From the NCBI GenBank assembly GCA_050633305.1, contig JBOEGF010000010.1, forward strand, positions 608,001-672,000: DNA of 64,000 nt. Reading direction: 5' to 3'. Position numbers and translations under genes: made by a program. Source of the stretch: Nannocystales bacterium. GTDB lineage: Bacteria > Myxococcota_A > Polyangia > Nannocystales > Nannocystaceae. The notes below the pieces were generated by a model. The model was given only the letters and a program-made list of their open reading frames with translations, did no database searches and was not told where the DNA came from. Numbering within the stretch: position 1 is the stretch's first letter; each line of letters opens with the position of its first letter. Shown here piece by piece: positions 57,665 through 64,000 of this stretch.

Positions 57665-59509
57665 ATGCGAACTGCCCGTGTTTTCCTGCTCGCTGGGGCC
57701 GCGAGCCTCCTGGTCCCCGTCGCCGGATGCTCCAAGAAGTCATCGGCCGAGACCGTCGAGCCCGCGGCGGCGAGTGAGCCTGTCGCTCCGCCCACCGCCA
57801 ACGACCAAGATCAGGCTCCGGGCAAGGGCGCTGCCGTTCCCGATGCGGAGAAGGTCCAGGTCCTCGCGAGCTTTGAGGGTGTGCAGGACATGCTCTCAGC
57901 TGGGATGGATCTCAAGGCTCGCATCGAAGGAGGCGAGGCTGGTGGCGACCCTCTCGCAGAGGTGCAGGCCGGTCTGCTTGCGCAGGGCTTCGGCCCCGGT
58001 TTCCTCGGCAACATCAACCTCGACGGCATGCACGCGGTCAAGGTCGCGTTCCCCACGGACGACGCCGCTGGACCGGAGGCGATCGACTTTGCCGCGAGCA
58101 TGTCCGTGTCGGACGGCCAGAAGGTGCTCGAGAGCTTCCCTTCGTCCATGCGCCCGCAGCCGTTGGGCGGTGAGATGTGGGAGCTCCGTCAAGAGAACGA
58201 CGTCTTGCTGATCAAAGAAGCGGGCGCCGAGCTTCTGTGGGGTCGCGCTCAGGCCGACGTCGAGAAAGCCGCGGGACTCGTCCAGAAGGTTGGCACCGGT
58301 CGTCGGGTCCGCGTTCGAGCCTGGAACATCCCCGCGGACGACGTGGATCCCGTCGAGCTGTTGGGCCTTCCGAGCGACGCCCCGTTCGTCGCCGCGATCG
58401 CGGACGTGCTCAAGGAGCTGGCCGCCGCCGAGGTTCAGCTCGACTTCGGTTCCAAGAAGCAACTCGAAGTGGTGGCGAGCGCCGAGGCCCCGTTCGGAAA
58501 GCTCGGCCTCGATCCGCTCGGGAAGGCTCGGACCAAGGCGACCGAGCTCGAAGCCAAGCTCCCCGGAGGAGCGGTGTTCGTCACGACGGTTTCGTTCGGA
58601 AACCCCGAGATGCTCCACAAGACCATCGACAGCCAGATCCCTGTCGACCAGATCCCCGCCCCGTTCGATTCGATGGTCAAGGACGCCATCAAGGGCACCC
58701 ACATGGTGCTGAACTCGATCTCGGCCAACGTGGTCGTCGCGCTGTACGTCGACAAGAAGGGCCAAGCCACGGCGATGCTCGCCGCAGGCATCAAGGGCAA
58801 GAAGGAAGAGAAGGCCCTCGAGGGCATGCGCAAGATCCACGGCACGATGAAGGCCGGGCTCGATGCTCACGCCGCACTGCAGGGCAAGAACAAGAACGCC
58901 AAGTTCGCGGTCACCCTCAAGGAAGGCGGCCTGAAGATCTCCGGCATCAAGGCGGACCAGCTCACCGTCAAGATCCCGAAGGACTTCCAAGCCGACGCCG
59001 AGGATGCCGCGCTCTTCCTCAAGAAGAACTCCGTCGAGTCGGTCTCGTTCGTTGAAGAAGGCGTCGCTTTCTGGGCCATCGGGGCCGGCGCACGCTCGCT
59101 CGGGTCCGACGTCGCTCGCTCGCTCGGCAAGGACCGCGCGAGCTCCATGGCTTCCGAAGGCACGCTCACCACGCTCCGCAAGGGCATGGATGGCTGCCAG
59201 CTGTGCATCAGCTTCGACGCTGATGAGTACCTCCGGGTTCGCTTGCTCGACATGCAGGCGAAGACCAAGGACAAGGCCCAGCTCAAGGAGATCAAGAAGC
59301 AGCTCAGCAAGCTCGGCAAGATCAAGGGCGAGGCGGAGGTTGGCGTCGGCCTGCGGTTCTCGGACAAGGACGGCGCAGCCGGCCTGGTCGTCCCCAGCAG
59401 CACTCTGGGACTCAGCAAGGAGTCCTTCGCTGGCCTCAGCGAAGTGATGGACTTCGTCGACGGCAATGGAGATGCGACGGTCTCGGTCGCCCAGGCTAAG
59501 ACCAAGTGA
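57665..59509 (+). CDS. Hypothetical lipoprotein
   Basis: Lipobox VAGC; Lys-rich, strongly biased codons. Confidence 0.82.
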   Translation: MRTARVFLLAGAASLLVPVAGCSKKSSAETVEPAAASEPVAPPTANDQDQAPGKGAAVPDAEKVQVLASFEGVQDMLSAGMDLKARIEGGEAGGDPLAEVQAGLLAQGFGPGFLGNINLDGMHAVKVAFPTDDAAGPEAIDFAASMSVSDGQKVLESFPSSMRPQPLGGEMWELRQENDVLLIKEAGAELLWGRAQADVEKAAGLVQKVGTGRRVRVRAWNIPADDVDPVELLGLPSDAPFVAAIADVLKELAAAEVQLDFGSKKQLEVVASAEAPFGKLGLDPLGKARTKATELEAKLPGGAVFVTTVSFGNPEMLHKTIDSQIPVDQIPAPFDSMVKDAIKGTHMVLNSISANVVVALYVDKKGQATAMLAAGIKGKKEEKALEGMRKIHGTMKAGLDAHAALQGKNKNAKFAVTLKEGGLKISGIKADQLTVKIPKDFQADAEDAALFLKKNSVESVSFVEEGVAFWAIGAGARSLGSDVARSLGKDRASSMASEGTLTTLRKGMDGCQLCISFDADEYLRVRLLDMQAKTKDKAQLKEIKKQLSKLGKIKGEAEVGVGLRFSDKDGAAGLVVPSSTLGLSKESFAGLSEVMDFVDGNGDATVSVAQAKTK

Positions 59510-60093
59510 GCGTTGCGGCGGTGATTCTCGCCGCCGGAGCCTCGACCCGGATGGGTCGCCCCAAAGCGCTCATCGAGTGGCGGGGGCGGCCCTTCTTCAT
59601 GCACTGCGTGCGTCGGGCCGAAGGTGCCGGGTGCGTACCGGTGGTGGTGGTGTGGGGGTCGACTCCGTTGCCGCCCGCGGAAGACGTCCGCCAGGTTCAC
59701 AACCCGGACTGGGAGCAGGGTCCGCTGTCGAGCTTGCAGGTTGGACTGCGGGCTGTCCTGGCCAGTGACCCTTCGGGAGTGCTCGTCATGACGGTGGATC
59801 GCCCGCACGTCGCCGAGGAGACCGTTCGTGCGTTGCTCGAGGCACACACCCACACACCCGGTGTGGTTGTACAGCCGCGCCTCGATGACACCAGTGGTCA
59901 CCCGGTGCTCCACCCCCGCACCGTCGTGGATGAGCTGCTGCGCTTGCCGCCGACCGACTCCGTTCGTACCGTCGTGGGGCGGCCTGAGATTCGAAACACG
60001 AGAGTGCGTATTCGCGTCGACGATCCCGCAGTCCTGGACAACCTCGATACGCCAGAGGCGCTCGAGAAGGCGATCTACGGCCCCAAATCCTAG
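59506..60093 (+). CDS. MobA/MocA-like NTP transferase
   Basis: VILAAGASTRMGRPKAL, NPDWEQG, VDRP, GHP, NLDTPE. Confidence 0.9.
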   Translation: MSVAAVILAAGASTRMGRPKALIEWRGRPFFMHCVRRAEGAGCVPVVVVWGSTPLPPAEDVRQVHNPDWEQGPLSSLQVGLRAVLASDPSGVLVMTVDRPHVAEETVRALLEAHTHTPGVVVQPRLDDTSGHPVLHPRTVVDELLRLPPTDSVRTVVGRPEIRNTRVRIRVDDPAVLDNLDTPEALEKAIYGPKS

Positions 60094-60235
60094 GGTTCGC
60101 ACTCTTTCGTGGCTGCCGAGACCAGGGGGACCGGTCCGTGATTGGGCGTTGCGCGGTGGGGGCGCTGTCTGAGCGGGGTGGGGTGGAAGGAACCCAACCC
60201 GACCTCAGCGATTCGTTTACCATCGGCGCGTCGAG

Positions 60236-61882
60236 GTGATGCCAGGGGAAATGGGAGACGCGCCCGCGCACGAGGCGGCGCACGGCCAGTACAGCGTTAT
60301 CGCGAAGCTGGGCCAAGGAGGAATGGCGAGCGTGTTCCTCGCCGTGGCCCAGGGTGCTGTGGTGGACTTCCACAAGCTGGTCGTGCTCAAGCGGTTGCAT
60401 GACTCGCTCCGCGAAGACGCCGGCTTCGTCACGATGTTCATGAGCGAGGCGAGGATCGCAGCGCGCCTCAACCACCCGAACGTTGTTCATACGTACTCCG
60501 TCGATATTCAAGACGGGCAGCCGGTCTTGGTGATGGAGTACCTCGATGGGGTCGCCCTATCCGCCCTACGAAAGCGGGTGGCCGGACGGCCGTTTGAGGA
60601 GCGGCTGGTCTTGATCGCCTCGATCGCCGACGCGCTGGCGGGTCTGCACTACGTGCACGAGCTGACCGACTACGATGGCTCGTCGATGGGCCTGGTCCAT
60701 CGCGACATCAAGCCGGCCAACATCTTCGTCACATTCGATGGCCAGACCAAGGTGCTCGACTTCGGCGTCGCGAAGGCAACCGCTCCGGGCCAAGACGCCA
60801 CGAACAGCCAAGTGCTCAAGGGGACGGCCCGCTACATGGCTCCCGAGGCGGTCGGCGGCGGGGACATCGACGGGAGAGCCGATGTGTTCTCGGTGGGGGT
60901 CATCTTGTGGGAGCTCGCCACCGGGCGTCCGTTGTGGGAGGGAGCCCAGGAGCTGCAGATCATTCGGCGTCTGATGGACAACGACGTCCCGACGCTCGAT
61001 GCGGAGGGGTGTGACGCGCCCGCTGAGCTGTCTCGGATCTGCGCCAAAGCGCTGCAGCTCGATCCCGAGAACCGGTATGAGACCGCGGATGCGCTCCGCA
61101 AGGACCTGGCGGCGTTCGTCGGGGACCAAGGGCTCACCGATGTGGCGGCTGGCTTGCGCGCGACGATGTCGGCGGAGTTCGGCGATCGTCGCGAACTCCG
61201 AGCGACCTCGATTCGGGAGCGCCTCGAGGGCCTGAAGCAGTCGTCGGTTGCCGGAACCGACGACATGCGGACGCTTCCCTCGGCTGCTCCATCGCAGCCT
61301 TCGGGCGCTTCGGATGTTGGCGCTGGCATTGCGGTTACAGCGTCGACCGACGCGGTGGAACCACCTCCACGTTCGGCGAGGCCGTTTCTGCTGGTCGCCG
61401 CGGTCTCGCTTTGCGTCGGTGCGTTGGGGGTGTGGTGGTGGTCCTCATCGAAGGGCAGCGGCAGCGCTCCCGCCACAGAGTCCGCCGGCGCAGCGGCGGC
61501 GTCGCAAACCGAGAGTCCGCCAAAGAAGGCCCGCGCGGGCGAAGACACAGCCGGAAAACCGCAACCGACCGCACGAAGAGAGCCAGGGCCAAGTGTGGAG
61601 CCCGACGTCGAGGTCGAGCCGGAAGTCGAAGTGGAACCGGAGGTCGAGGTTGCGGCAGATGCGGCGGAGCCCGACGAACCGCGCACCCCTCGGCGGCGCG
61701 GTAAGTCCCGGTCTCGCCGCGCGGCGCGGCCCGCCTCTAAGGACAAGCCCGACGCTGCCGTGAGTCCACCGCCCGAGCCGAGCCCCCAGCCCATGCAACC
61801 AGGCGAGATGCCCAAAAAGAAGGACAAGAAGAAGTCTGGTCTGTCGCTCGACAAGGACTCTCCATGGGGAGGCCAACCGTGA
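60236..61882 (+). CDS. Ser/Thr kinase with TM and low-complexity C-terminus
   Basis: LGQGGMASV, HRDIKPAN, DFGVAK, GTARYMAPE. Confidence 0.92.
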   Translation: MMPGEMGDAPAHEAAHGQYSVIAKLGQGGMASVFLAVAQGAVVDFHKLVVLKRLHDSLREDAGFVTMFMSEARIAARLNHPNVVHTYSVDIQDGQPVLVMEYLDGVALSALRKRVAGRPFEERLVLIASIADALAGLHYVHELTDYDGSSMGLVHRDIKPANIFVTFDGQTKVLDFGVAKATAPGQDATNSQVLKGTARYMAPEAVGGGDIDGRADVFSVGVILWELATGRPLWEGAQELQIIRRLMDNDVPTLDAEGCDAPAELSRICAKALQLDPENRYETADALRKDLAAFVGDQGLTDVAAGLRATMSAEFGDRRELRATSIRERLEGLKQSSVAGTDDMRTLPSAAPSQPSGASDVGAGIAVTASTDAVEPPPRSARPFLLVAAVSLCVGALGVWWWSSSKGSGSAPATESAGAAAASQTESPPKKARAGEDTAGKPQPTARREPGPSVEPDVEVEPEVEVEPEVEVAADAAEPDEPRTPRRRGKSRSRRAARPASKDKPDAAVSPPPEPSPQPMQPGEMPKKKDKKKSGLSLDKDSPWGGQP

Positions 61883-62853
61883 GCCGGAATGCACCGACGG
61901 CGGTCGCGATGGCGGTCGTACTCTTGTTCGCATCGGGAGCAAACGCGGCTCCGGCCGAAGAAGCCGACGCTACGGAACAAAAAGCCGCAGACCACTTCCG
62001 ACGGGGCGTGGGGCTGTATGAAGAGGAGGACTACGCCGCGGCCGCGTTTGAGTTCGAGCGCGCCTACGAAGTCCGGCCCGACTATCGTCTGCTCTACAAC
62101 ATCGGCGTGAACGCGCTCGAGCTCAAGGACTACGCGTCCGCGAGGGCGGCCCTGAGCCGCTATCTGGAAGAAGGCGGGGCCGATGTGGAAGCGGCTCGCA
62201 AAGCCCAGGTTGAGCAGCAGCTTCAAACGCTGGCGATGCGGGTGGGCTCGGTGACCGTCACCAGCAGTCGGCCGGGGCTGTCGATCTGGGTCGACGGGAC
62301 CAACGTCGGGGAGACACCACTCTCGGAGCCTTTGGTGCTCAACCTTGGTCTGCGGCACCTCGTTGCACGGGACGGCGGCTCGGAGGTCTGGGCGGAAGAC
62401 ATCGAGGTCCTCGGTGGCTCGGCGACAGAGCTCGAGGTGGTGTTCGAGGCTACGGCGAGCGAAGTTCCGCCCGCCGTCGTGCCGCTCGATACACCGCCGC
62501 CAACGGGGCCCTCTCGTAAGGTGAAGTCGCTTCGAACGGCAACGTTTGTAAGCCTGGGCGTGACCGCCGCAGCGGGGATTGGCTTGGCGATCGCAGGCGG
62601 GCTCACGCTCCAGGCGGACGGGGAGCTGGAGTCCGAGCTCGAGCGATTTCCCGCCAATGATGGGGACCTGTCCGCGGCCCAGGATCGCCGGGGCACGCTC
62701 GTCACGACCTCCAACGTGATGTTGGGGGTTACCGCGGCCTTCGCAGCCGTGACGCTTGGCCTCGGAGTCGGCACGGCCGTGGCCAAGCGGCGGGAGGCCG
62801 GCGGCGGATCGTCGGTAAGTCTGCGACGCGGTGGATTCGTGGTCCGTTTCTAA
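61879..62853 (+). CDS. TPR + PEGA domain protein
   Basis: Signal peptide, TPR (AAAFEFERAY..LLYNIG), PEGA (IWVDG..VGETPL), C-terminal hydrophobic hairpin. Confidence 0.85.
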   Translation: MSRNAPTAVAMAVVLLFASGANAAPAEEADATEQKAADHFRRGVGLYEEEDYAAAAFEFERAYEVRPDYRLLYNIGVNALELKDYASARAALSRYLEEGGADVEAARKAQVEQQLQTLAMRVGSVTVTSSRPGLSIWVDGTNVGETPLSEPLVLNLGLRHLVARDGGSEVWAEDIEVLGGSATELEVVFEATASEVPPAVVPLDTPPPTGPSRKVKSLRTATFVSLGVTAAAGIGLAIAGGLTLQADGELESELERFPANDGDLSAAQDRRGTLVTTSNVMLGVTAAFAAVTLGLGVGTAVAKRREAGGGSSVSLRRGGFVVRF

Positions 62854-62866
62854 GGGGAGCTTGAAG

Positions 62867-63862
62867 ATGAAGAGTGCATCTCGTTGCGGAACGATCTTGG
62901 CTGGCTTGTTGGTTTGGGGGACGCTGTCGGGATGTGGCCTGCTCCTGAGCGCCGACGATGAACAGTGCAACAGCGACGCGGACTGTGCCGCGCGTGGGTT
63001 CGATGGCGCCGTCTGTGAGTCGCAGGTTTGCGTTGCAGGCTCGCAGGAGAACCCGACGGGCTCGACCAGTGCCCTGACCTCCAGCTCTGGCTCCACAGCG
63101 GACCCTTCTGCCACGAGCAGCACTGGCGGCGAGGGGACAGCCGGGACCAGCTCCACGGGGACTGTCGACGATGGGCCGTGGGGTTGTGTGGGCAACGTGG
63201 TGTGGGACGAAGAAGACGAGGCCGTGCCTGCGCGCCTGGGTCTGCACTTCACCGACTCGCAGTTCCAAGACTTCGAAGGAGCGAGCCTCAACGCCTGCCG
63301 GCCTCTGGACCTCGACTGCGAGGAGCCGCTGTCGACCGCGGTGTCTGGCGCCGATGGGGTCGCGTTCATCGACGTCTACTACGGGTTTGATGGGTACTTC
63401 CGAGCTCCGCCTCCGGCCGAAACCCCCGACGTTTTTCCGTTCATCCTCTACTCCAGCCCGCCGCCGTTCTCACTCGAGGAGGAGTCGCGGGGCGGAGATG
63501 TGTTGTTCATCGACCCCGCTACGATTGGCGCACTCGCGGCGCTTTCTGGCGTGGAGCTTGTCCCCGACTCGGGGCTGATCTTCTTCACCGCCTTCGACTG
63601 CGATGACGAACTTGCCGCCGACGTTACCGTTTCGGTCAGTCCTGTTGGCACCGACACTGTCGTCGCGTACCTCGACGGAGCATTCCCCAACGCCGACCTG
63701 ACCGCGACTGTGGATGTCGGCCAGGGGGCGGTTCTCAACGTCCCACCCGGTTTGGTGGAGGTGACGGGAACCTCGCTCGAGCGTGGGCGTTTCTTCCAGA
63801 GCACGGTGCTCGTCGAGGCCAACTCGGTGACGGGCCTCGCGATCGTCCCGATGCCTCTGTAG
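62867..63862 (+). CDS. Hypothetical Cys-rich lipoprotein
   Basis: Lipobox LSGC; CxxDADC, PWGCVG, NVPPG. Confidence 0.8.
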   Translation: MKSASRCGTILAGLLVWGTLSGCGLLLSADDEQCNSDADCAARGFDGAVCESQVCVAGSQENPTGSTSALTSSSGSTADPSATSSTGGEGTAGTSSTGTVDDGPWGCVGNVVWDEEDEAVPARLGLHFTDSQFQDFEGASLNACRPLDLDCEEPLSTAVSGADGVAFIDVYYGFDGYFRAPPPAETPDVFPFILYSSPPPFSLEEESRGGDVLFIDPATIGALAALSGVELVPDSGLIFFTAFDCDDELAADVTVSVSPVGTDTVVAYLDGAFPNADLTATVDVGQGAVLNVPPGLVEVTGTSLERGRFFQSTVLVEANSVTGLAIVPMPL

Positions 63863-64000
63863 GCGCCAAACCGCGCCATTGAGGAGGGGCCGGACGTCTT
63901 CGCGCGTCGCCTCGGGACGGTGTTGGTCCGCCGTTGGACTTGCACGGGCATGGAACCGTGCAGGGCGGGACTGCGTCGGCTTCGTAGGGGGGATGGAACA

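Overview
GC-rich bacterial DNA whose gene content points to a myxobacterium, probably Nannocystaceae-like (inference from kinase-TM-TPR receptors, many Ser/Thr-rich lipoproteins, PEGA and AgmX/PglI-type domains). It encodes six Hanks-type Ser/Thr kinases (one cut by the window start) and four ECF sigma factors, two next to kinases and two with anti-sigma factors. Housekeeping-type genes include rlmKL, a second THUMP methyltransferase, glyoxalase I, a CDGSH Fe-S protein, a heterodimeric ABC exporter, an acyl-CoA ligase and a bactofilin. The left half (~1-30 kb) looks like a high-turnover accessory region with several deleted gene remnants. The strongest leads are: (1) a stand-alone tankyrase/PARP-like ADP-ribosyltransferase with an intact H-Y-E triad and a Cys/His cluster; (2) a 31-bp upstream motif it shares with an unrelated lipoprotein gene; (3) a fibrinogen-like lipoprotein that I recall resembling cnidarian proteins; (4) a PNGase F plus fibro-slime operon; (5) an ECF-kinase module sharing a promoter motif with an operon of two paralogous di-heme lipoproteins; (6) a FecR-like anti-sigma with a possible internal start; (7) recurrent signs of leaderless transcription. 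I saw no rRNA, tRNA, CRISPR array or intact transposase/integrase. All family assignments come from motif recognition by eye, not from database searches.
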